A stretch of DNA of 64,000 bases from an uncultured Bacteriovoracaceae bacterium. GTDB taxonomy: Bacteria > Bdellovibrionota > UBA2394. Each line of letters opens with the position of its first letter. Positions within the stretch are counted from its first letter, which is position 1. The position numbers were made by a program, and so were the translations under genes. Below, one piece after another: positions 8,646-17,596 of the stretch. The DNA lies in NCBI GenBank assembly GCA_964622975.1, contig CAZUTA010000006.1, forward strand, positions 3,071-67,070, given 5' to 3'. The notes beneath the pieces were generated by a model. That model searched no databases, was not told the origin of the DNA, and saw only the letters and a program-made list of their open reading frames with translations.

Positions 8646-10636
8646 GAAGGACTGCCTTTTTTGAATCGAATATTGCTTGAACCCATCATAGAGGGATCAT
8701 CGACTGCCGCTCTCAGACTGTCCAGAATCTCATCGGCCGATTGAAAGCGCTGATCGGGTTTCTTTTCGAGACATCTCAGAATAATCTTGCAAAGGCTTTC
8801 GGGGAGATCTGCCTTAATAGTCCGAGGATCGGGCGGAGTGGTATGGAGGTGGTGGTATCCAGGATTTTCCATTGGAAACGGTACCTGTCCTGTCAGCATT
8901 TCAAAGAGGCATACTCCAAACGAATAAATATCCGTTCGATGATCGATCGGAGCGCCTTCCACTTGCTCAGGCGACATAAAGTACGGGGTTCCCCCAATGA
9001 TCGATTGTTCAGAGTGAAGTTGATTGACGACTCGGGCCAATCCAAAATCCATGAGCTTGATGATCTTGGTCTCGGTGAGCATCATATTATTGGTCGTAAT
9101 ATCCCGATGAATCACTCTTTTGGAGTGAGCATAAGAAAGCGCCTTCAGAACCTGACGGGAAAGAGCGAGAGCGGTCGGAATCTTAAAAGAGCCTTTCTTT
9201 TTGAGCAGTTCTCGAACCGTCTTTCCTTCGATAAACTCCATCGAGATATAGTAGTTTCCCTCTTCAATGCCGGCATCGAAGATCGTCACAATATGCAAAT
9301 GATTGAGAGCGGCGAGGGATTTAGCTTCCCGCAAAAATGTTTCAACGATCTTCTCATCGTGCTTGAAGTGCGAATTGAGAATTTTAAGAGCGACCTCTCG
9401 GCCTAAGACGCGATCTCGACCGCGGTAGACGATTCCCATTCCGCCGCGTCCAATCTCTTCAATTTTTTCATAGCGGCTGGCTTCTCTCACATCCTTGCTA
9501 AAAGCCGGAAGTCCCATTTTCTTTTCATTAGCCGCATTGGCTTTGCGCTGAAGGTCTTTGACTTTGGCCATGCGCGCGCCGACTTCTTTGAATAAAGGGT
9601 TTTCCCCTGCAACACGCTCATAGAGTTTGAGGGAATCCTCGAGCCGTCCTAATTTTTCAAAAGCATAGGCCAAATGATAAAGGAGCTTGAGCGTCGTCTC
9701 ATCGACAATGCCGTCGGGATCCTCGCACCAGTGATCGTAGGCTTTCTGAAAATGTACGGCGGCTTTGTTGTAGTTTTTCTTTTTGAGAAAGGCTTTGCCG
9801 AGAATCAATTTGCTCTTAATAAAGTAGGCGTTATCCGCCTTGACCTGTTCGAGTAGTTCAACAGCCTGAAAGAGATTGCCCTGTTTGAGGCACTCAAGTG
9901 CGGCGTGATAAAAGTCTTCATGACGAAGGTGAAACTCATAGTCCTCGCCGTTTGGCTTTGATGAGGTGAGCGATTTTTCTAGGATCTGATGCATCCAGCG
10001 ATTTTCGAGGACTGAGATTCGCATTTGGCTGGCATGCGCCCAAACGATATCACAAAATGTTTTAACGGCGCTGAGGTTTTCCTTTCGAACCACAATCGCA
10101 TGATAGGGGACGAGCTTTTGTTGTTCGGCCATATTGATAAGATCGTCTTCTTCACCCATTTGTTGCTTAAATGTTTTTACGCGCTCAAGAAATTTTTCTT
10201 CGCTCTCAAAGGAAACCACCTCATAGCCTTGAGCAGTCAGAAGCGCTTTGAAGGACTGACTCATCTGAGTGTCTGGTTCTACCAGCGCCACGGTCCAAGC
10301 GGGGGCAGGATTGGGTTTGGAAGAGGTTTCGGCATTCTGATCGGGGTCGATTTGCGCTACGAGAGATTCAAAAGTGCTGGCGGAGATTTTAAAGGCGGAG
10401 AGTTTCATCCATCCATTTTTGGAGCTTATTTTTTCGAGCTCCTGGACCATGTGTGGGTCTACAAATACAAAGGAAAATATTCCTGAGGTGGAGTCCAGCC
10501 GCAAGGGCAGGAGGCGATGGCGACGACAAAAATCGAGCGGAATCAGATCGAGCAAATCGACGGGAATCTTAATATCCCGCAGTTCCGCGAGCGTCAGCTC
10601 CGGAGCGAGCTCCAGTGATGTTAAGAGCGCTTTCAA
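8642..10636 (-). CDS. Multidomain Hanks-type Ser/Thr protein kinase: GspE_N-like N-terminal domain, REC-like domain, TPR repeats, C-terminal kinase
   Basis: N-terminus resembles type II secretion ATPase N-terminal domain (IKIPVDLLDLIPLDFCRRHRLLPL...FVFVDP). Kinase motifs: GRGGMGIVY, VALK, HRDITTNN, DFG, SPE. Start overlaps rhomboid by 4 nt. Confidence 0.85.
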   Translation of the reverse strand: MKALLTSLELAPELTLAELRDIKIPVDLLDLIPLDFCRRHRLLPLRLDSTSGIFSFVFVDPHMVQELEKISSKNGWMKLSAFKISASTFESLVAQIDPDQNAETSSKPNPAPAWTVALVEPDTQMSQSFKALLTAQGYEVVSFESEEKFLERVKTFKQQMGEEDDLINMAEQQKLVPYHAIVVRKENLSAVKTFCDIVWAHASQMRISVLENRWMHQILEKSLTSSKPNGEDYEFHLRHEDFYHAALECLKQGNLFQAVELLEQVKADNAYFIKSKLILGKAFLKKKNYNKAAVHFQKAYDHWCEDPDGIVDETTLKLLYHLAYAFEKLGRLEDSLKLYERVAGENPLFKEVGARMAKVKDLQRKANAANEKKMGLPAFSKDVREASRYEKIEEIGRGGMGIVYRGRDRVLGREVALKILNSHFKHDEKIVETFLREAKSLAALNHLHIVTIFDAGIEEGNYYISMEFIEGKTVRELLKKKGSFKIPTALALSRQVLKALSYAHSKRVIHRDITTNNMMLTETKIIKLMDFGLARVVNQLHSEQSIIGGTPYFMSPEQVEGAPIDHRTDIYSFGVCLFEMLTGQVPFPMENPGYHHLHTTPPDPRTIKADLPESLCKIILRCLEKKPDQRFQSADEILDSLRAAVDDPSMMGSSNIRFKKGSPS

Positions 10637-10753
10637 GATCTCCCCCTAAACTCTTATTATATAGGCTTGGGCGCCGTGTGGGATCCCCCCGCTTGCGCGC
10701 TGCGTTAATTCTAGGACCTTGGCTAAATACCCGATTTGAGAGGATAATGAGGG

Positions 10754-11428
10754 ATGGCCGAAAACCTCAAAATTGTCGGGAGTCCTTCGTGCCTCGAAGC
10801 CTTAGGTCCGGCACTCCGTGAATCTGGATTTGACGTCAAGCCTTTCAGTCGGCCCGAGGAGGCTCTTAGTCAGTCTCCTGACGGCGTTGTCTTTAGTTCG
10901 CAAGATCCGGGATGGGAATCCGCTCTCAAGACTCTCAGGGAGGTTGTGGAGTTGCCCGTACTCACCCTCGTCAAAAAAAATCTGGGACGTGCGGAGATCG
11001 AAAAATTTCGGGGACAAGCGAGCTTAGGATATATTCGCGAAGACGCTCCCATTGACGAAGTCGTGGTGCGACTCAAAGCCATGATGGAAAAGGGCGTCGA
11101 TCCTGCTGCGGCACGCGAGTCGAGAGCTGCAAAGAGAATTTGGTTTCAACAACCCGTCAAATTTAAAGTCTTCGATCGCGAGCATATCGCGTGGAGTACA
11201 ACGCTTAGTGAGACGGGAATCTTCTTGCGCACACAGCTCAGTTTTCCGCTTTATACAGTGATACGTCTGCAATTTGATATTCCAGGAGCGGAAACCTTTG
11301 AGTGCGATGGAGTCATTGTTCGCCAGGAAGTCGAAGGCGCTATTCGTGGAATGGGTGTGATGTTTCAGAACCTCAAAGGCGACGGCATCGCGTCTCTTGA
11401 GTCTCTCTTGCAATGGCATCGATCATGA
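10754..11428 (+). CDS. REC-like N-terminal domain fused to C-terminal PilZ domain protein
   Basis: C-terminal RxxxR (RESRAAKR) and DxSxxG-like (LSETGIFL) PilZ signatures. N-terminal alpha/beta region resembles a receiver domain. Confidence 0.6.
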   Translation: MAENLKIVGSPSCLEALGPALRESGFDVKPFSRPEEALSQSPDGVVFSSQDPGWESALKTLREVVELPVLTLVKKNLGRAEIEKFRGQASLGYIREDAPIDEVVVRLKAMMEKGVDPAAARESRAAKRIWFQQPVKFKVFDREHIAWSTTLSETGIFLRTQLSFPLYTVIRLQFDIPGAETFECDGVIVRQEVEGAIRGMGVMFQNLKGDGIASLESLLQWHRS

Positions 11429-11724
11429 GACTAGGGCGAGTGTTTTTAGGACTCTGTCTCGCATTGCTTCTGGTGGGCGTTGGAATTTTCTTTTCAAAAC
11501 ACGGATTGTGGGAGCTTCGAAGCTTAAGAGGTCATGTGGAAGCGGGGAGAGTAATTTGCGCCCAGCTCGAAGAAGAAAATCGGCTCCTCAGGAGGCAACT
11601 TGATTTATTGAGCAAGCCTTCGCCGACCCTTTTGGATCGAGTGATGCGAGATCATTTTGGTTTTGTCCGCGGCGATGAATTGGTGTTCTTTGAGTCCCTG
11701 CCTAGGAACGGGAAGACCTTTTGA
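11425..11724 (+). CDS. FtsB/DivIC-like septum-formation initiator family protein
   Basis: N-terminal TM helix, coiled-coil (QLEEENRLLRRQLDLL), C-terminal ELVFF. ATG at 11425 overlaps the PilZ-gene stop in an ATGA arrangement (track start 11413 also possible). Confidence 0.5.
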   Translation: MRLGRVFLGLCLALLLVGVGIFFSKHGLWELRSLRGHVEAGRVICAQLEEENRLLRRQLDLLSKPSPTLLDRVMRDHFGFVRGDELVFFESLPRNGKTF

Positions 11725-14284
11725 GCATTCGCTCAAGTTTAGCAATGATAAACTGACTATCGAGGGTCTTTTGAAGAAAATCTTCGGCTCCCAATTGGAG
11801 AGCTTTTGTGGAGTGCTCCGGAGCTCCTGATTCCGACAAAAACACAATCGGGATATCTTTGAGAGATTCGTCGCTTCTCAAGCGTGCACAGAGAGCGAAT
11901 CCATCGAGCTTTGAAATCAAGACTTCAGAAATCACTAAATCCGGATGATCCTTTTTAATTCCTGCGAGAGCGGCGAGCCCATCAGGGTAGACAATTGTTT
12001 CGTTCGCGAGTTGTTTGAGTTGCGCGGCGAGTTGCGCGGCAAACTGAGCATCTGAATCCACTATGACGATGCGGCCGGACTTGGGCGCACTCACTTGCTC
12101 TGGTCTCAAGGCTTCGAGAGCGGCTGAGGTCAGTCTCGGATCCAGTTGCTTTCCGTTGTATTGTGCAAACTTGCTCTTCAGCTCCGCAAACTCAGATTCG
12201 GTCCAGGGAGCATCGAGATCTTGCTTCAGTGTTTCGATGATCGAAAGGGTCGCGATGACTCTACTTCCGAGCGGAATTTGATCATCTCGAAGTCCCATAT
12301 TTCCTCGTCCGTCGATTCTCTCTCCCAGGCAATCATAGAGGTAGCGAAGTCGATAGACGCCATCAAAAAGTTCTAGCGTCTTACTTCCTTGAGCCGTGTG
12401 CCGATCGAGTTTCCAAAACAAAACTCCAAAATAGACTTCATCGAGCTGCCTCGAAACTTGAGTCGCCCCTTGTGCAATTTTGACAGACAAAGCAGCTGCT
12501 GAAAGGGCAGAATTTCGATGAGTAGAAGGAGCTGCAGAGAGGTATTTTTGAGTCAGTCGGTGAAAGAACTCTCGGAATCTTCGATAATCCACTGTTTCTT
12601 GAAAAATCTCCTGTCCGAGATGTTCATAGTATCGAATATCGCAATTTGGATTTTGCTTGAGTACAGCAGATTCGAACTGCAGTTCGTCTCCAATTTGCGC
12701 GATATTTGCCCAGACAAAATCAAAGGGTTCTCGCCGCAGTTTGGCCATCGCTTCTTCGAGATGAGAGCAAATCACGACGGCCGTCTCATTGCCCTTAAAG
12801 AGTTTGATGAGAGCTTCTTGAGAGGTGGCTTGAGGATCCACGAGCAAAATTCTCTGCTCGTCGAGATTTTTCTCGAGCGTGCGATCTCCGGTTTCACTGA
12901 GCCCTGTGCGAGTTTTTCGGATGCCGGCTTTGAGGTCAAACTGGGCGTCAATCAGGCGCTGAATGCTGGAACGCCCACCTACATAAAATTGAAGAGCCCA
13001 AACGCCAGCAAGTTCAGCAAATTCTTCATCCTTTTGAAAGTCTTTGGTTCCATCGATCAAAAAGCTCAGAGTCTTTTTGGCGTCGTCTTTAAAGAAGGGG
13101 AGGATATTGAACTTACGAATGAAGTTCGAATCCACGGTATCAAAGGCTTCGGGCTGAACCCGAAGAGCACGCAACCGTCCCCTCGAGATCCAGGGGAGAC
13201 TGAGACATTCCGAAATTGTTTTTGATAGTTCATCCTCGGAAAGTCCTTCTTGTTTTGTAAGAAGTTCAACGACGTTTTTGCCCCGCAGATTGGCCGCGTC
13301 TGTCGCAGAAATTCTTTTGGCCACTTGAAGAGCACTCAGAAGCTGAGAGTCTCTGACAAAGTAAGGTTTCGTCACTTGTGAGGGAGCGACTTGAGACCCA
13401 GAGGTGCGCTTTTCGTGGCGCAGACTTCCTTGGAGCTCTTGAAGATCTTTCTCGAGCTCATCCGCATTCTGATATCTCTCCTGCGGAGCCTTTCGCAGCA
13501 GTCGCATGATGATTGCCGAAAACCTGGGATCGATGCCGGCGCGAAGTTCTGCCGGTGGCTGTGGATCAAAGTGGACAATCTTGTAGAGGATGGTGCTGCT
13601 GTTCTGCCCGCGAAAAGGGAGCACTCCAGTCGCAGCTTCATAGAGAAGTGTGCCGAGACAAAATAGGTCGCTTCGTCCGTCGAGCCCCTTACCCGTGATG
13701 TGTTCCGGAGAGAGGTAGTGAGTACTTCCCAAAACCATTCCTGTCGACGTGAGTTTCATTTCGTTTTCATCCACGAACTTAGCGATCCCAAAATCAAGAA
13801 TTTTTGAAAGTCCAGAGTGGGCCTCTAAAATCACGTTGCTCGGTTTTACGTCTCGATGAACAACACCTTTTTTGTGAGCGTAACCAAGTCCGCTTGAGAT
13901 CTCCCGAGCGATTCGGATGAGTTCTTCGTTATTGAGAGGCCCTTTGGATTTGAGAAGCTCGTCGAGAGTTTCGCCCTCGATAAGTTCCATGACAATGTAG
14001 CTCAGCCCTTCGATTTCGTTAAAATCGTAGATCTGAACAAGGTTGGGATGAGACATCGAGCCTGCGGCTCTGGCTTCATTAAAAAATCTCTCTCGAATTG
14101 TGGCGCGAACGGAGGGATCCTTCACCCGATCGGAGATCAATTTGATTGCCACACCGCGTTTAAGTTTGGGATCAAAGCCTCTAAAGATCGTGCCCATTCC
14201 TCCGGCACCAATGCGATCCTTGAGCTCGTAGCGATCTACGTTCTTGAGAGTGTCAAATTCATTCGTGTTCTTTGGAGAATCCAT
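11702..14284 (-). CDS. Hanks-type Ser/Thr protein kinase with two C-terminal receiver (REC) domains
   Basis: N-terminal kinase (GAGGMGTIF, AIK, HRDVKPSN, DFGIAK, SPE). Central REC-like (ILLVDPQATSQ...). C-terminal REC with conserved Asp/Lys (IVIVDSD...LVISEVLISKLDGF...). Confidence 0.85.
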   Translation of the reverse strand: MDSPKNTNEFDTLKNVDRYELKDRIGAGGMGTIFRGFDPKLKRGVAIKLISDRVKDPSVRATIRERFFNEARAAGSMSHPNLVQIYDFNEIEGLSYIVMELIEGETLDELLKSKGPLNNEELIRIAREISSGLGYAHKKGVVHRDVKPSNVILEAHSGLSKILDFGIAKFVDENEMKLTSTGMVLGSTHYLSPEHITGKGLDGRSDLFCLGTLLYEAATGVLPFRGQNSSTILYKIVHFDPQPPAELRAGIDPRFSAIIMRLLRKAPQERYQNADELEKDLQELQGSLRHEKRTSGSQVAPSQVTKPYFVRDSQLLSALQVAKRISATDAANLRGKNVVELLTKQEGLSEDELSKTISECLSLPWISRGRLRALRVQPEAFDTVDSNFIRKFNILPFFKDDAKKTLSFLIDGTKDFQKDEEFAELAGVWALQFYVGGRSSIQRLIDAQFDLKAGIRKTRTGLSETGDRTLEKNLDEQRILLVDPQATSQEALIKLFKGNETAVVICSHLEEAMAKLRREPFDFVWANIAQIGDELQFESAVLKQNPNCDIRYYEHLGQEIFQETVDYRRFREFFHRLTQKYLSAAPSTHRNSALSAAALSVKIAQGATQVSRQLDEVYFGVLFWKLDRHTAQGSKTLELFDGVYRLRYLYDCLGERIDGRGNMGLRDDQIPLGSRVIATLSIIETLKQDLDAPWTESEFAELKSKFAQYNGKQLDPRLTSAALEALRPEQVSAPKSGRIVIVDSDAQFAAQLAAQLKQLANETIVYPDGLAALAGIKKDHPDLVISEVLISKLDGFALCARLRSDESLKDIPIVFLSESGAPEHSTKALQLGAEDFLQKTLDSQFIIAKLERMLKRSSRS

Positions 14285-14306
14285 GGCGTTAAGCTAGTAT
14301 TGTAAC

Positions 14307-16118
14307 ATGAAGGCGGAGGTCCGGAGTGCAAACGTCTATAGAGATTTCGAGAAGCTTTACAAGCTGATTGGACTTTATAGCGGCAATTTGGACCAGATCT
14401 CATCGCAGGTTCGCTATGCTGACGCGGTGCTCCAAGAAAATCTAAAGGCCGAAGGAGAAGACAACTCACTGAAGTTTGATTTTCTGATGACGTCTGTCTT
14501 TTCGGATGGACGAGAGGTTTTTCGCAGTCAGAGCCCTGAGCTCACCATGGCCTACGCGCTGTTTTGCGAAGGGGTGAGATCCGTTATCGCCACCGAAGGG
14601 CTGACGGGCCAAGAGCTCGTAGAATGGTGCCAACTCATCCGAAAGCATTTGAGTTCCACGACGGGTGGCGCCGAGGATTTGGCATCGATTCTCTGGCGCA
14701 ATCGATCGGTTCATATTCGTGCTCAAATTTATAATGCGCTTCTCAATCTCGAAGAAATCGGTGTCCAAGGGTTAGCAGAGGTATCTCAAGAAACTTTGGC
14801 AGAGACAGGGCTTGAGAAGGTTCTCGAAAAAGAACATTTGGAGTCCGCAAAAATGGCGGAGCCTTTGAGCTCAAAAGAAGCGGAAAAAGGGGCGGGAAGC
14901 TTTTTGAAGATGATGGAAGATCAAAAATTTGTTCTTCCCGCTGCACAAAGATTTTATCGAACCGTCGCACAAATTGACCAAAAGCAACTCGAACGTCTCA
15001 AGTCGAGCCTTTCTGATGTCGGTTATTCCGACAAAGCCAAATCCCTGATGCGATTTAATCCTGAAGAAGTTCAAGCCCTGACGGAAGAACTCGAATCTTA
15101 CAATGTCAACCATGTCGAATTTAACCTTCTTGTTCAGATTTTTTCCCTGATTGAATCCGCTCAATCTTTGGATGCACAAATTCAAGACTCCATTTTACGT
15201 CGACTCGATACTCTCATTCGATCCATTCTCCAGAGGTTTCACACCGGGCTTCTTTCGTTCCTCGTCAAAAAATTAGCCCTCCTCAAAAATCGGCAAGGAT
15301 TTGAGAAAATCTATAAATTATCAACGGAGTCTGTTCGAAAAGCTCTTGATATTGAAGAGAACCGAAATTCTCTTTTAGAAAGCCTCGGATCCGACGAAGC
15401 GGCAGCAACCGCTCAAGAGCTCCTGCAATTCTACGCCCCACAACAGTGGCCCCGTCTACTCGATCAAGTTCTTTATCTCAAACGACCAAAGGCCGTGCAT
15501 AACTTTTTAAAGTACATTCAAAAATCCTCTACGGACCTTGAGTCTCAGCTCTTTGCCTTTGGGCCAGAACGTTTGAAGATTTTGATTCCTCATATCGTGG
15601 ATTGGAACTGGGATAAGAAGCAGTCCTTTTTGCTTCGGTGTTTGCAATCTCGCTCTCCAGATGTTGTGGCGGCGACATTGCCCTACATCTCTCGAGTCAA
15701 AATTTCATCGGAGCAGGTCCTTCCTTTGCTCGAACGGCTGACGGATCGAGATCGAAGTCGATTTTTAGAAGCCCTCATCGACCAAAAGAATTTTAAAGAA
15801 TGGGAGGGTGTGGCTCGTGTTCTTGTCGGATCTACACTTTGGAGGACGGGATCAGAAAATAGCGCTTTGAGTGTGCTTCGATTCGTTGTTTACGTTCTAG
15901 GAGAGGGAGCATTCCCTCCACTCATGTCCTTTGTGACAGAGAGACGCTGGGGTTTTTGGGCGCGGCATCCTCAAGAAAGAGAAAGAATTCTCACAGCTTT
16001 GTTTTCTGTTCGATCAACGGGACTCAAGTCTAAGCTCAAAGAATTGTTTCAGCAGGAGGCGCGACTTTTGTTTCAGTCCGCAGATCTCAAAGAACGACTC
16101 AAATCGGAGGCTCAATGA
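14307..16118 (+). CDS. Hypothetical all-helical (HEAT-like?) protein, 603 aa
   Basis: ATG 22 nt from the divergent kinase gene. Stop overlaps next gene (ATGA). No recognisable catalytic motif. Confidence 0.5.
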   Translation: MKAEVRSANVYRDFEKLYKLIGLYSGNLDQISSQVRYADAVLQENLKAEGEDNSLKFDFLMTSVFSDGREVFRSQSPELTMAYALFCEGVRSVIATEGLTGQELVEWCQLIRKHLSSTTGGAEDLASILWRNRSVHIRAQIYNALLNLEEIGVQGLAEVSQETLAETGLEKVLEKEHLESAKMAEPLSSKEAEKGAGSFLKMMEDQKFVLPAAQRFYRTVAQIDQKQLERLKSSLSDVGYSDKAKSLMRFNPEEVQALTEELESYNVNHVEFNLLVQIFSLIESAQSLDAQIQDSILRRLDTLIRSILQRFHTGLLSFLVKKLALLKNRQGFEKIYKLSTESVRKALDIEENRNSLLESLGSDEAAATAQELLQFYAPQQWPRLLDQVLYLKRPKAVHNFLKYIQKSSTDLESQLFAFGPERLKILIPHIVDWNWDKKQSFLLRCLQSRSPDVVAATLPYISRVKISSEQVLPLLERLTDRDRSRFLEALIDQKNFKEWEGVARVLVGSTLWRTGSENSALSVLRFVVYVLGEGAFPPLMSFVTERRWGFWARHPQERERILTALFSVRSTGLKSKLKELFQQEARLLFQSADLKERLKSEAQ

Positions 16119-17581
16119 GAGAGGCTTCGAAAGTTCCATCTCCAGAGAAGATTGATCCCGCAGCAGCAGAAATTGTCGCAACTGCTTTTTTGCAGTCGAT
16201 TTATCAATTTCTGAGGCTCGCTGAAACGCACGAGTCCAATAACAAAATTTTTGATGAGGCCATGGTCGCTCTCATCAGAACAACTCAAAATCTTTTCCTG
16301 GTTCCAGGGTGTCAAGGAATTGAAATCACATTTCGGGGAGAGCATATCTTTATCAACAAGATACGACTTCGTCCCCGGGCCCGGCAGTTTCATGTCTATC
16401 GTTTTATTCTCAAATTCATGAGATTTAGGCGCGTGGGATCTTTGACCATTAGAGACATGCCTCAATCGGATAAGTTCAAAGAATTTCTTTGGCTACTTTC
16501 AAGGACTCAAGTGTCAGAGACTTTGGAGCAACCGGCACTTCATGTCATGGAAGTTTTAAGTTCAAAGTCCGTTCTATCTTTTGAGGTCAAACCCATTTCC
16601 AAGCTTCATATGGGTAACAGAAATGGTGATGGTTCCGATGAGGGCGTTGCAGATCTCGAAGTGGTGGCGTCTTATTTGCATGAGCAGCTTCGCAAATTTG
16701 CCGACGTTTGTTTTGAAAATCTTTCGGGCGCAAAGAAGTTTCAGTTGCCTGAACTCGCGCGATTGATGGGGGATCTGGTCCAACTTTCCGAAGAAGATAT
16801 TGTTCAGATGCTTCGATTGATTTCTATTAAGCGGTACGATCGGCCGATTCCTTATCGAGCCGCCAATGCCTGCTTTTTGATGGTGGCTTGGGCCACCGCC
16901 CTTCGATTGCCCTCGGGTGTGATCACCGAACTGGCGACATTGGCTCTCGCTCATCCGTTGTCACTCACAGACGGTAAGCCCATTCCGTTGGCGAACGCCG
17001 AGCAAAAGCAAACGGTCCTTTCAAAGATCGAGGACCTCAAAGATGTTTGGCCCCTCAATGAAGTTCAAACCCTCGCTCTTTTGGAGTGGACTCAGTCGCA
17101 CGGCGAAGGGGGCGTCATTGAGATTGGGGGAGTGAATTGCTATCAGCATTTCTTTTCGCGAATGCTCCGGATTGTGGCTGAGTTTGAACGGATGACTACT
17201 TTTGAACCCGGCCAGCGTGTGTTTTTGCCGGACGAAGCACTGGCGGAGTTTTTTATACAAAAGGGGCAGTTTGATCCCACGCTCGTCAAACTCTTTGTCA
17301 ATTGGATGGGCGTTTATCCCGTGGGATCGTTGGTGCTGTTGCAAACTGGCGAAGTGGCACAGGTGTTTGCGGGTGCGTCAGACCCTACAAAGTTTCAGCG
17401 CCCATTGGTGATGATCCTCAAGGATTCGTCGGGCAAGATTTTGTCACGTCCCTCGCTCTGCGACCTTTCGGATATGAATGAAAAGTTAGGGACCTACAAA
17501 AAGTCCATTCGTAAGAGTCTCAAACTAGAAGAAACGGGACTGACTTCTGAGCAATTGAAGATGACACCCGTTGTAAGCTGA
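16115..17581 (+). CDS. Putative degenerate HD-GYP-like domain protein (likely non-catalytic c-di-GMP receptor)
   Basis: C-terminal region has HD-GYP-like features: HGEGG in place of HHExxDGxGYP, RMLRIVAEFERMT, and terminal FDPTLVKLFVNW, a hallmark of HD-GYP domain ends. Canonical metal ligands absent. Confidence 0.45.
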   Translation: MREASKVPSPEKIDPAAAEIVATAFLQSIYQFLRLAETHESNNKIFDEAMVALIRTTQNLFLVPGCQGIEITFRGEHIFINKIRLRPRARQFHVYRFILKFMRFRRVGSLTIRDMPQSDKFKEFLWLLSRTQVSETLEQPALHVMEVLSSKSVLSFEVKPISKLHMGNRNGDGSDEGVADLEVVASYLHEQLRKFADVCFENLSGAKKFQLPELARLMGDLVQLSEEDIVQMLRLISIKRYDRPIPYRAANACFLMVAWATALRLPSGVITELATLALAHPLSLTDGKPIPLANAEQKQTVLSKIEDLKDVWPLNEVQTLALLEWTQSHGEGGVIEIGGVNCYQHFFSRMLRIVAEFERMTTFEPGQRVFLPDEALAEFFIQKGQFDPTLVKLFVNWMGVYPVGSLVLLQTGEVAQVFAGASDPTKFQRPLVMILKDSSGKILSRPSLCDLSDMNEKLGTYKKSIRKSLKLEETGLTSEQLKMTPVVS

Positions 17582-17596
17582 GAGAGACTAAAGTTC

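Noticed and set aside
8642-8950. Possible c-di-GMP-binding MshEN motif in the kinase N-terminus.
   Set aside because: Only the GspE_N-like fold segment is apparent. The RLGxxL(V/I)xxG(I/F)xxxxLxxxLxxQ motif required for c-di-GMP binding is not visible, so binding is not claimed.
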